64,000 nt of DNA. Origin: Pachysolen tannophilus NRRL Y-2460 (Eukaryota). Location of the stretch: positions 585,498 through 649,497 of the forward strand of contig KV454011.1 of assembly GCA_001661245.1 (NCBI GenBank). The letters run 5' to 3'. This document shows positions 36,103-47,745 of this stretch, in pieces; position 1 is the first letter of the stretch; the number at the start of each line of letters is the position of its first letter. The position numbers were made by a program, and so were the translations under genes. The notes under the pieces are model-generated. The model was not told the origin of the DNA and did no database searches. It worked only from the letters and a program-made list of their open reading frames with translations.

Positions 36103-36563
36103 ATCCACTTTTAAAACCTATTTTAAAACAAGAAAACTTGATATTTCTCAACATTTAAATATATAATTTCGTTAAAATCCATAAACTCCATTTACTACAG
36201 CGTTGGTCAGTGCATTATCGCGCACAGAGTTACGTGAATTGAAAAATTATAATAAATACCAAAATCATAAAGACTGCTACAAAGTTGGCAATCTACTAAT
36301 ACAAGCAATATGGAACCATTGCTTATGGAGTCTCTTTGAATGATAGAGAGCTGGATTCTATGTACAAGATTTATTTCAAAAAAATACAAAAAGAAAATAC
36401 TTTATACAGGAGGAATACATAGAAAAAAAAAAATGATCAAAACAATAATACCGTATTAGTTTAGATAACTATTCGAATGGCGAAATGGCAATTGGGCCTG
36501 AAGAGGGTGCCTGAACTTGTTTATATACATGAACATGAGTTTTTTTTTTGAACTTGTAAGGAT

Positions 36564-37271
36564 TTAATCCTCAATTATGCCCCAAGCTTCCGATGGTGGA
36601 ATGTTTGTGGCAATCTTGGTAATTTCTAATTGCAGAATGTTTTCACGCCATTGTTCGAGTACTGGAAATTTTTCCATGCTAATTTTTGAAAACTTGTGAC
36701 GGTTTACCCATGGCCAAGTGGTGAAATCTGCGAGAGTCAATTTATTTCCGACAAGATAACCTGTACCATTTTTTTTCAATTGACCTTCCAAGACGTTGTA
36801 AACTCTATTGACTTCATCGGTATATCTCACGATGCAATATGGGATATTCTCGGGACAAAGACGTAAGAAATAAAGTAAATTAGTTTGATTTGGTCCCAAA
36901 TTTGCCATTTGGAAGAAAATCCAAACTAATTCTTCATAATAATGAGGATCAGAAGCTGCATAATGGTACTTGAAATCTTTATCAAACTTATCAGCCAAGT
37001 ATATTAAGATAGCAGCAGATTCGAAAACCAGATCAATGATTTCTCCATCTTTACCAACGTTTAGCAATACCGGGATCTTACCATTTGGATTCAATTTTAA
37101 AAACCAATCTTGTTTCTGCTCATTTGCAAACACATCAATACGTTTAACATGGTAAGACAATCTTAAAAACTCTAAAAAAAGACTAATCTTATGACCATTT
37201 GGAGTAGGCGAGGACAACAATGTCAAACCTTCAGGAAACTTGGAAGTCTCTTTAATATAAGTAGCAGGCAT
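36564..37271 (-). CDS. Glutathione S-transferase (TPNG-type, Ure2/Nu-like), tandem paralogue A
   Basis: TPNGHK, LNPNGKIP, ESAAILIYLA, TLADFTTWPW. Confidence 0.92.
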   Translation of the reverse strand: MPATYIKETSKFPEGLTLLSSPTPNGHKISLFLEFLRLSYHVKRIDVFANEQKQDWFLKLNPNGKIPVLLNVGKDGEIIDLVFESAAILIYLADKFDKDFKYHYAASDPHYYEELVWIFFQMANLGPNQTNLLYFLRLCPENIPYCIVRYTDEVNRVYNVLEGQLKKNGTGYLVGNKLTLADFTTWPWVNRHKFSKISMEKFPVLEQWRENILQLEITKIATNIPPSEAWGIIED

Positions 37272-37653
37272 TATCCAATCTTGTTCCTTGAATAATACTA
37301 AAAGAATCCAATTATTTAACTTGGAAGAAAGGGAACTTATATACTAATCGCGAATACATAATTGCCACTTAATTACATTACAGGAATGACAATCCTATAC
37401 TCGTTTCAGTTTTTTAGACTGGAAAGTGCTGCTTAGTTTTAAAGATAAATCTTAGTTCTTCGTTAAAAAAGATGAAGTTGTTTGGTGAAAAGTTATTTAT
37501 TATGGGCAAATTCTACTATATATGAAAAACACACAAAAAAAAAAAAAAAAAAAAAACAGTGCTATGTTCTATTTTTTTTTTTGCTAATATGAGATCTACT
37601 CTGAAGCCTATAAGTAGAATCAGACCAACACCAAGTGAATTGTTTAAAAGAGC

Positions 37654-38343
37654 TTAAGCCTTTTTCGGTGGGATGGTGATGGCAATTTTGGTTGCTTCTA
37701 ATTCGGAAATTTTTTCGAACCATTTCTTGACATTTGGGAACTTGTCCAAATCAATGTGTGCAAACTCATGACGGAAAACCCATGGCCAAGTCAAGAGATC
37801 AGCTAATGAAAATTTGTTACCAACAATGTAACCAGTACCACTTCTTTTCAATTGTTCATCCAAGACACCGTAAAGTCTATTAACTTCATCGGTAAATCTC
37901 TTGATACCGTAAGGAACTTTCTCTGGAGCATAATTCAAAAAATGGTGCAACTGGCCCTGATTTGGTCCCAATGATGCCATTTGAAAGAAAATCCAACCCA
38001 ATTCTTCGTAATAATGAGGATCAGAAGCTGCATAATGGTACTTGAAATCTTTATCAAACTTATCAGCCAAGTAAATTAAGATAGCAGCAGACTCGGAAAC
38101 CAGATCAATAATTTCTCCATCTTTACCAACATTTAACAAGACAGGAATCTTACCATTTGGATTTAATTTTAAAAACCAATCTTCTTTTTGTTCATTCGAA
38201 GACAAATTAATAGATTTAACATGGTATGGCAACTTTAGCAACTCCAAGAGTAAAGTAACCTTATAACCATTCGGAGTTGGTGAGGTCAATAAAGTTAAAC
38301 CTTCTGGAAACTTGGTTGTATCACTGATATAAGTAGCAGGCAT
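37654..38343 (-). CDS. Glutathione S-transferase (TPNG-type, Ure2/Nu-like), tandem paralogue B
   Basis: TPNGYK, LNPNGKIP, WIFFQMASLGPNQGQLHHF, SLADLLTWPW. Confidence 0.93.
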   Translation of the reverse strand: MPATYISDTTKFPEGLTLLTSPTPNGYKVTLLLELLKLPYHVKSINLSSNEQKEDWFLKLNPNGKIPVLLNVGKDGEIIDLVSESAAILIYLADKFDKDFKYHYAASDPHYYEELGWIFFQMASLGPNQGQLHHFLNYAPEKVPYGIKRFTDEVNRLYGVLDEQLKRSGTGYIVGNKFSLADLLTWPWVFRHEFAHIDLDKFPNVKKWFEKISELEATKIAITIPPKKA

Positions 38344-38918
38344 AATTTAAACTTAAAATATATAAAGAAATGAAAAACTATTTAATAATATTTAATTGTG
38401 TGGAATCCAGTGGAAAACTCACAATTATATATAATACCGGTATTTAACAATTATAATGATGTTACTTACTGTGCGGCTCACTCAAAATTTATGCTTAAAA
38501 AATTTACACAGTTTTTCTATTTTTCACAACTATTGATAATCGTTGCCGTACTCCCGCAATGCTTCTAGAAAATCATAGTCCAATTAATGGTAAGTTATGT
38601 TATTTGATCAATTCTAAATACTGAAAAGACTAAAGATAAAAAAAAACGAAAAAAGACAGAAAGAAAGAAAGAAAGAACAAGGACATAAGTTGTTGAGAAG
38701 CAATACAGTTCTATGAAAACAGAAGAGAATAAAAAAAAAGACAGTAATCATGATTATGCTATAAGCACACGTAATTTTGATCAGCAAATTGTAAACTTTC
38801 CCTTTCTCTTTTTCAAAATAATCAGTTATTACCTCTTAGTCTCCAGCTATACGAAACTCTGGACTTTTATGTTTGTATATAATATGATATCTAACCTGTA
38901 ATTAGTACCATATTTTTT

Positions 38919-39887
38919 TTAATTACGATCTTGAATAATATTAGTCAATTTTGCGCTTAATTCCAATTGTGATTTAATAGAGCTTGCCAAGTATTCAATC
39001 ATCAAACTATCTTGAATATGGGTGTTGAACAGTTTTTCCAAACTTTCTTTTGAGATTGAAGAAGGTTTTGAAGTTAAATTGCTTAACAAAAATTTACCAA
39101 TATCGTCATCACCTTTAATTTCACCACTAAGAACTTTATTAACATAATTTGAAATATTATCAATTAATCCATCAATTTGATTAACAGAAGTAGCTAATTG
39201 TTGTAATTCTGTAGAAGTACCCATTGGTAACTGCACTTTTCTTGATTCTGTGTTTGAAGCTTTTGAAACCCATGATAACGCAGTTTTCTCTGATAAATCT
39301 GATTCCACTCTATTAGCAATAGGATTGAAAAAATAAGATCCAGATTTTTCCAAACCTAAAGATGCAGCAAGTTTCCCAGTAGCACCTATTTCCGATCCAA
39401 CATAAGTTCCAATAATTGGTGTAACGATTTTATTCGAATTTTCATCAAAAGCTTGAACAGTTAAATGAATAGCAGGGTATGGTTTTGTGCCTTCTGTATT
39501 TGAATAAAAATCATGGATTAAACCTGTCAAAGTATCAATTTTAGGACTTGTTGCAAACCAACCAAGAATAACTTCTTTAGGATTAGCTTTCTTATATAAC
39601 TGATATAAAGCCTTATGTTGATATTCTTTTATAATAACTTCATCACCATCTTCCTCATGAGGAACTATATAACAATCTTTGACTTCCACTTCAGACCCAT
39701 CATCAGATCTACTTCCTAATAAAGTACCAATAATCCTAGAATTAGAATTTGTACTATACGATGATTCTATTAATTGTAACAAAGCAGGCGATTGTATCAC
39801 AACACTTATAGGAGCCATCGATAAAGATGGCATCAAAGCACCTAAATTAGGCCTAACAATATGTAACTCCGGAACCTCTAAAGACAT
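38919..39887 (-). CDS. Translation initiation factor eIF3 subunit F (MPN domain)
   Basis: RIIGTLLGSRSDDGSEVEVKDCYIVPH, KANPKEVILGWFATS, IHDFYS, LFNTHIQDSLMIEYLAS; first ATG 39887. Confidence 0.85.
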   Translation of the reverse strand: MSLEVPELHIVRPNLGALMPSLSMAPISVVIQSPALLQLIESSYSTNSNSRIIGTLLGSRSDDGSEVEVKDCYIVPHEEDGDEVIIKEYQHKALYQLYKKANPKEVILGWFATSPKIDTLTGLIHDFYSNTEGTKPYPAIHLTVQAFDENSNKIVTPIIGTYVGSEIGATGKLAASLGLEKSGSYFFNPIANRVESDLSEKTALSWVSKASNTESRKVQLPMGTSTELQQLATSVNQIDGLIDNISNYVNKVLSGEIKGDDDIGKFLLSNLTSKPSSISKESLEKLFNTHIQDSLMIEYLASSIKSQLELSAKLTNIIQDRN

Positions 39888-40351
39888 TTTCTCAACGTGT
39901 AACGGACAATAATTCAATAACTAATAAACTATTAAAAAACATATATATATATTTTTAGTTAAGCTGTTCAAACTGTTGAATCCTCTACACCCAGAGAACA
40001 AAGAAAAAAAAATTAAAAAAAATTTTTTTTTTTTTTTTTTTCAAAATTTGAAAAATCATAAAAAATTTCCTAATTCGGAAATTAACGTTTTAAGTTCCTA
40101 ATAACGCAATTGCTGTATTTGGTCATAGGTTTTTTTAACTGTTTTTGGTTGAGTTTGTCATTAAAAGATTGGATTCGTTGAACTTTAGATATGAAAAGCT
40201 CTTGTGACACAAGTTTCAGCGGAACCAAAGTTTTGATTTTAGCCAAAACTTTATAGTTTTTGTCTGTCCAATGGCGAAGAGTCCAATTGATTACTCGTCT
40301 GCTGAAAATTGGGGTAGAGTCAAAGTGCTTATTTTTCCATAGTGAGACAAA

Positions 40352-40628
40352 GTCACGTGCAATTCTTTAATACCACTATTTTGATAATAAATAGTTTTTT
40401 TCATGATGAGTACAAGTTGAAAGAGCAAAAGAAAAATTTGATGGTAGCTAGTTTAGATGACATGGGAGAAGCTCTTTGAGGAAATTTTTTCAAATTTCAT
40501 AAAGGCTAGCCCGAAAAGTGCAGAGGTATAGGGTAAAAGTTTAGAGAAGTAGATATAGAAGGAAAAGGATTATCAGACCCCAACTTTTATCTGCAGTTGC
40601 ATCTAAAATATACTGCATGTGCGGCTCA
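40352..40628. promoter_or_regulatory. Cbf1 site and Stp1/2-like CGGCTC element upstream of the permease
   Basis: GTCACGTG 40352-40359; TGTGCGGCTCA 40618-40628. Confidence 0.45.
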
Positions 40629-40785
40629 AATCCACCATTTTAGAGGCAAGCAGCAACGAATAAACATATTCATTATCCACAATATGACGAAGAGCGATTA
40701 TATATATGAAAGTAGGTCTGTTCTTTAAAAATAATTTTCAAAAATGGGTGAATTTTAATTCTTTTATTTCTTTCTGTTAGCAAAA

Positions 40786-42515
40786 ATGTCAGGAAATAAC
40801 AGTAAGGATGCTGGTGTTTATGAGGTGAATAAGGTGAATATATTTGATGAAGTAAATTCACTTGAAAGAGCTTCAAATTCAGAAGAATCTGCTTTACAAA
40901 TCAGGGAAAAAATTGATCCACATACTGGAGTTAAGCGAGGATTGAAGACTAGGTTAAGTTTTTTTTTTTTTTTTTTTTTTAGCAGCATCGTATTAACATT
41001 TTTTTTAATCAAGACATATTTCTATGATGGCATTGGCTGGTATTATAGGGCCTGGAGTCTTTGTTGGATTTGGTACAGCTTTGCATGAAGGTGGTCCAGT
41101 GGGTTTAATTGCAGGTATGTCATTTTTGCTCGGTTTTTTGTTGTTGTTGTCCTCGTTCATTTACTAACGTATAAACAGGTTTTAGTATCGTTGGTCTCTT
41201 GGTGCTTTCCATGATGACAAGTATAGGTGAGTTGAATACCTTGTATGATTTCAACTTTGCCATTCATGCATCAAGATGGGTTGATCCTGCTTTTGGTGCA
41301 TCTGTTGGCTGGAATTACGTATTGTTATGGGTTTGTAATATCATTAGTGAATACGTTTCTCTTACGTCAGTTGTTTCATTTTATTCTGATAAAGTTCCTG
41401 TTTGGGGTTATTTCTTGATTTTTTGGGGGTTTTTCACAATGTATCAAAGTTTAGGGGTTCAAGTGTTTGGTGAAGGTGAATATATTTTATCATTTGTCAA
41501 AATTACATTTCTATCTGGTTTCTATTTATTTAGTATAATCTTTGCTGCAGGCGGTATTAAAGGTTATAGTCCAGGTAATCCATTTGGTGAATATCCTTTA
41601 GCTCATGGGTTTAAAGGTATTGCTAATTCCTTTGTGTATGCTGGAGTTTTCTATTCAGGTGTTGAAGCGGTTAGTATGACTGCTTCTGAGGCTAAGAATC
41701 CAAGAAAGGCCATTCCAATTGCTGTAAAGCAAACCCTTTGGAGAATTCTCTTTGTCTATTTTGGTGCATCTATAAGTTATGGTATAACAGTTGCATGGAA
41801 TAACGAATCCTTATCTACTGGTAACAAGACAATGAAGTCACCAATGACAATTGCGCTTATTAGTGCTGGATGGAAAAATGCTGGATATTTTGTCACGACG
41901 CTTATCATGGTAACATGCTTCAGTTCTGTAAACAGTGCTATATATATTTCCAGTAGGTCATTATTTCATTTGGCAATCGATAACAAGGCACCTAAGATCT
42001 TCACAAAAGTCGATAAGCGTGGTAATCCATGGGTTGCAGTACATACTGTACATTCATTGGGTGCTTTATCGATGTTGAGTCTTGGTTCTACTGCACAAAC
42101 AGCTTATACTTATATTGTAAACTTAGCTGGTGTTTCTGCTTTCATTGTTTGGGCAGCAATTTCTTTTACTCAAATAAGGTTTAGAAAAGGTTGGTTATTG
42201 CAAGGACATACTGTAGATGAGTTACCATATGTGGCTCCATTTTATCCATATTCTCAAATTTTTGCGGTTGGATTAGGTATATTGTTATGTTTGGTTCAAG
42301 GTTGGACTGTTTTTGTTCCTTTTGAAGCAGGAACATTTGTCGATGTTTACATATTATTGCCAATTTTTTTCATAATAATTGCTCTCTATAAAATATTCGG
42401 TAAGACAAAATGGGTTACTTATGATAAGATGGATTTTGAAACTGATAGAAAACACGTTGAAATTGTTGAAGACAATGAAAAATCTGTTTTCAGAAAATTT
42501 TGGAAAGATATTTAA
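40786..42515 (+). CDS. Amino-acid permease, YAT family, AGP3-like; exons 40786-40952, 41014-41114, 41179-42515
   Basis: Two introns (40953-41013 GTTAAG/TATTAAC/AAG; 41115-41178 GTATGT/TACTAAC/CAG) restore KRGLKTRHISMMALAGIIGPG...GGPVGLIAGFSIVG; EAKNPRKAIPIA motif; multiple TM segments. Confidence 0.9.
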
Positions 42516-42607
42516 ACAAAAAAAGATAAATCATGAAGATTTGGATTTAGGGTATGATATAAATTAAAAGTCGAGTTTTTTTCTGTTTCAATTGAAAATA
42601 TATAGAC

Positions 42608-42646
<39 letters not shown>

Positions 42647-42824
42647 TTTGATTTCAATATATATATGAATTTGTAGTGAAGACAAAATATAAACCAAAAA
42701 TAAAATAAAAAAATAAAATAATAATATAAAGAAGAAAGCTTTTGTATTTAGGGCAAGGAAGAAGTAACCAGTTCAAAATAAGTAATTATTTTTAATTCAA
42801 TTCATTTTCATCCACTTTTTTTTT

Positions 42825-44651
42825 TTAATTGCCCAGACTGAGTTCTTGCAAATTACGACAATTTGCATTATCAAAACGACGGTTGTCTTCTTCATTTCCA
42901 ATAAATACATCATCAGAATCACCGTCTTTATTTTCAGCTTGTTCAGTACGGCTAGGTGCAGTGTGATCATTACCATTGCTGTTTAAAATATTGCTACTGC
43001 CTCTTATGTGAGTGTTTGCAAGGCGATTATTTCCACTCCTGATCAAAGGATGCTGTGTCAAATAAGCGCCGTTGAAAATTCTACTAATTTCATTGATTTC
43101 GTTCAAGATGTGGTCATCCAATTTCATGAACTTTTTGTAAGAAACTAATTCGAAGTTTTTGTTTAATTGGTATTTAATACCACATACAGAAAATTTCTTC
43201 AAATTAGGGAACTTAGTTAACAATGATGGGGAATTTAATCTTAGCGAAAAAAAATGGTCTAATAATAACCCATTATCATTGATAAATTCTTTTGGAACTA
43301 AATTCAAATAGATTGGTTCCACTTTTAAGAAAGAAAAATTTGAAGATTGATTAATAATCAAATTATCAATAAGGGATTGAGAATTTTCCAACTCTGAACC
43401 AATAACCATCAATGTTGATAGTAAACAAGATTCCATGTTATCATTGTCAGAATTTTGATTTTTGGTTCCATGGAATATCTTGTTACAATTATCACAAGAA
43501 CAATCAACTTTTAAGAAGGGTAAGTATTCTTGTAACTCATCATTATCAATCTTGTTAACATTATTTGAAATCAAATTTTCCAATGGATCAACAATGTTAA
43601 AATTGAATTCGTTTATAGATTGAGAATGAGTTTTAACAATACCCATAAAAAGCATTAACAAGTTCACAGCAGATACATTTGGGATATTCAAATAAAGTGA
43701 TAAGGATTTCAAATTGTTGAATGAACCAATTAAAGTAGTCAATAACATGAATCTTATATTGTTTTTATTTTCATCTGCAGAAGGTAACAAATAACTGATG
43801 GATAATTTCTCCATTGTAAAACAAGATGATGAAATCTTATTAAACAAAGGAAATAAACTTTGGAACATTCTCAAAGGTCTAGAATTAGAAATCGAATCAT
43901 CAATTAACAAAATTTCAAAATTGTTCAATTGTGAGATATCAATAGCTTGTAATAATGATAAAATTTCAAACTTAGTTGTTTGGTTTGTAAATGGTAAGGA
44001 TAAAGTTTTCAAATTAGTCAATTTAATTTCTTTAGAATTTAAATATTGAAAAATTTTAAAACTATTATTATTTAAATTTCCAATTTTTGCATCACTTAAA
44101 GCTTTTGAATAATCATAACTAATAAATAATTCTTGTAAATTAGGTAATAAAAATCTATTTGAATTAACTAATGATTCCAAAGAATTTAAACTTGTATCTG
44201 AAGGAACAATATGTAAAGTTTTCAAACATTGTGACATGTGGGGATCACCAATTAGATTTGATTTAGAAATGAAAAAATCAGTATCATTGTTGTTGTTACC
44301 TTCACTGTTAATTTGAATATCCGTATCTGTCACTATTGAATTATCTTTAGAATTCTTACCATTATCAAAATTAATAAATTCTGCATTCAGCTTGCACGGA
44401 TGCTTTGATTGTTGGAAAAGTAATAATTGTTTTTTTGAATTGATCACTTTTAAATTTCCAATCAAATTTCTTTTATTGAAATCTTTATCGTTAAACGCAT
44501 ATTCATAAGGTAAATAAACTATCCTATTATAAAAAAATCTTGGTAAGATTAAATCATAGAAATAGCGGCAAGTATAACTTAACGATAGCAAGTCATTATT
44601 TGACAACTCTTTAAAAATGAGTTCTTCGCAATTTTGCGGTAAGTTGAGCAT
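42825..44651 (-). CDS. F-box protein with LRR-like region
   Basis: N-terminal LNLPQNCEELIFKELSNNDLLSLSYTCRYFY F-box; repeated LxxLxL segments. Confidence 0.78.
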   Translation of the reverse strand: MLNLPQNCEELIFKELSNNDLLSLSYTCRYFYDLILPRFFYNRIVYLPYEYAFNDKDFNKRNLIGNLKVINSKKQLLLFQQSKHPCKLNAEFINFDNGKNSKDNSIVTDTDIQINSEGNNNNDTDFFISKSNLIGDPHMSQCLKTLHIVPSDTSLNSLESLVNSNRFLLPNLQELFISYDYSKALSDAKIGNLNNNSFKIFQYLNSKEIKLTNLKTLSLPFTNQTTKFEILSLLQAIDISQLNNFEILLIDDSISNSRPLRMFQSLFPLFNKISSSCFTMEKLSISYLLPSADENKNNIRFMLLTTLIGSFNNLKSLSLYLNIPNVSAVNLLMLFMGIVKTHSQSINEFNFNIVDPLENLISNNVNKIDNDELQEYLPFLKVDCSCDNCNKIFHGTKNQNSDNDNMESCLLSTLMVIGSELENSQSLIDNLIINQSSNFSFLKVEPIYLNLVPKEFINDNGLLLDHFFSLRLNSPSLLTKFPNLKKFSVCGIKYQLNKNFELVSYKKFMKLDDHILNEINEISRIFNGAYLTQHPLIRSGNNRLANTHIRGSSNILNSNGNDHTAPSRTEQAENKDGDSDDVFIGNEEDNRRFDNANCRNLQELSLGN

Positions 44652-45541
44652 TTTCTTTTGATACTAGGGGGTGTCACGCAACACTTTTACCGGATTCTGA
44701 TGATGATTGTTCTTGTGATTCAATAGTATTGAAACCGTGGGACATTGGATTGATGTTCAATATAGTGAATATTTCTTTTTGTCTCTCTCTCTCTCTTTCT
44801 TTCTTCTTTTTTTTTTCTTCTTTTTCTTTTTCTTTTCTGGCCTTTTTCAAAAGATTAAAATCACTTACTTTTCCTTTCTACAAAAAAAAAAAAAAAAATA
44901 ATAATAATAATAATAAAAACAGAAAACAAAATAAAATCAAAAAAGAAAAAAAAAAAAAAAAAAAAGCAACTAATTAACTGATTGATCAAATCAACAAAAA
45001 AAAAAATATAAATTGTTCTATTATAATAATTTAATTAATTTAATTATAATAATACTAATTCTGCTGTTACTTTTATCTTTTATCTTTTTTTTTATTTTAA
45101 TTTTTTTTAACTTTTTTTTTTTTGTTTTGTTTAAAAAAAAAGATATTTTCCGCGATTCCTAATACGGTACTCTATTACCTCATTTGGTCATTATCATTTC
45201 TTACTATCTACCAACTTCCTATTTTAGATTAATTAGTGTTATTGAGCACTACTTCAATTATTTATTTTTTGTTTGGGTTTTAAATACACGTCCCAATAAT
45301 TTTCACAGGTTGCGAGCATGCACGTGAGGTTTCAACTCAGAGTAAAAGTAAAAGAAACAAACAAGGTTGAATTCGGAGATGTATTACCGGTGCCGTGGAT
45401 AATTAAGTAACAACCACTTGAATAATATGTAGTTTGAAGTATAACGGTGGAAAGGGGAAATTAGGAAATTAGATTTATAAGAGAAAAAAAAGAAAAAAGA
45501 AAAAAAGTTGTTACAAGCGTTTTGTTTGTGCGTATAATATA

Positions 45542-45577
45542 TGTATTATGTGTATTATGTGTATTATGTGTATTATG
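45542..45577. repeat. Tandem (TGTATTATG)x4
   Basis: Four perfect 9-bp copies. Confidence 0.9.
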
Positions 45578-47156
45578 TGCGAGACCGTTTACATGGGGCA
45601 AAACTGCGGACAGGTTTAAATTGATTTCGGACTAGATTAAACACGGAGTCAAAATAAATGAACAAGCAAGTAAGATTTCACAATGAGGCAGTATATGAGA
45701 ATAGATAGAAAGAGAAAGAGAAAGAGAGAGAGAGAAATAAATAAATAAAAAATTTTTTGTTTTTTTTATTCGCTTGTTTCTTATAGTTAGTTGAATACGG
45801 GCGGACTCATCAAGACTTTTCCTTTTCCACCATTATTAGCATACCACTTCATCTTTCGGGGTACTGGGGGCAGAAACTAAAAAAACAAACAAAAAAAACA
45901 AAAAATCCCACTAAAACGTTAATATTAGCTTTGACGTACATGTTTTTCCGGATTTCATTATCCTACTAATTCCTGAAAATGTCCAAATATTTTTATGATA
46001 TGATATGATTATTACGGTATAAAATATATAAAATTATATAAAATTAAAGCTTATTACAGAAATATTACTACCGAAACTAATTTTGTAATTTCCCGAAATT
46101 ATTTTAAAAAAATAAAAAAATATTTAATTCTTATAAATCATTCCACCCTGGTGAGAAGATCCCATGTACATCAATCGGAGGATAGAAAGAAAAAAAAAAA
46201 AAAAAAAAAAAAGAAAAAGAATCTATATATTTTTTTTTCTTTCTATTTTAAATTTTGTGTTGCCTTTTCTTCAACATATAGCAACAATAATTAATAATTT
46301 AAATAATTATTTATTTTATTGTTAAAAAAAAATAAAAAAAATTCTTTTACCTTTTACCTTTTACTTTATCTTTTCGTTCATTCTTTCGTATATACATCAT
46401 GCTATTACAACATAAAGTGCTATAATTTTATTTTTTTTTTATTTTTTAAGCTTAGTAGGTCGGTGACAACCTTCGGAGTCGAAGCTGCAAAACGTGAAAT
46501 AAGATAAAAAAGAAAAGATGATTTCTTTTTTTTTTTAATCCCCCCCTTTCCTCCCTCTCTTCTTTTCTAAGGTAAAAAGTCTCACATGGACTCTCACTCC
46601 AAAAAAGAAAAACAAAAAAAAACAACCTTCAATTGGCTAATCTGCTGCTATCTCTACAAGTAACGCCAGCTAGATTCAAGATGTAAAAGTAAATAAGAAA
46701 ATGATTTTTGAACCGAAGAAAGAGTTATCCAAGTAGATTGTAAATAGAGCAGCACGCTAAAAGGAAATAAACTAAAAAAAAAAACAAATTTCGGAAATGA
46801 ATCTACTGTATGAAAGGGCAACTTTTTATCACTTGCTTAAGGCACATACGGACAACGGAGTTTATGATTGCGAGATTTTTTTTTTATTATTATTATTATT
46901 TTATTTTTTAATTTAATTTTATTTTATTTTCAGTAGACAGACATAACCATTACCAATTCGCCAAGGTCATATTGCTTTTCTTTTTTTTTTTTTTGAATAG
47001 AAAAAATAAAAATCCTAGTTCTCAAGATAAGTTGAAGCTCGATGCGGCCATATGGAATGATTTTTCTTAGGAAAAGAAATAATTGATTATGATTTGAAGA
47101 AAAAGAAAAAAAGTTATAACTTTGAGATTATCTATTATATTAATCTTATATGGAAT

Positions 47157-47227
47157 GGTCTGAGGTCTGAGGTCTAATGTCTAATGTTCTAATGTTTAAT
47201 ATCTGATGTCTGATGTCTCATGTCTGA
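47157..47227. repeat. Degenerate 7-bp minisatellite (KGTCTRA) about x10
   Basis: GGTCTGA GGTCTGA GGTCTAA TGTCTAA ... TGTCTGA TGTCTCA TGTCTGA. Confidence 0.85.
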
Positions 47228-47745
47228 GCTCAATGTCAAGTTAAAAAAAAAAGAGTACCGTGCCGGTAAATTTTACGGACAAATATTGTTCACCTTCTCT
47301 GTGCCTTTTTTCCCGGTTCGGGTCCCTTAGGTTAAGGTTCAACGCACCCCACAGAAATAAAGCGGAAAAAATTTTCTTTTTGGGCCAGAAATGCAAAATG
47401 CAAAAAGAAAAAAAAAGTTTGAAAATTAGTATTAGTAACCTTTTTCTCTTTAACTTTGTTCTGGTTTCTTTTTAAATAGATAGATATTAAGTCGAGAGTC
47501 AAGTTTTTTAAAATTATTCTTACCTGCAAGACTCTTTAGTCTTTATAAACTTAATCTAATCCGTGAATAATAATTTTTGATAATATCTTGATAATTTAAA
47601 TTTCACATATATATATATATATATATACATACATATATATACGTACATATATATATCATATATATGTATCTATCTATCTATCTATAATATATTTATATAT
47701 ATATATAGATGTATATATATATTGTATTATTAATTTTCATATCAA

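Noticed and set aside
44729..47529. Several 62-82 aa ORFs in the SUT1 upstream region
   Set aside because: Poly-A/poly-T derived (poly-K/F), non-ATG starts.
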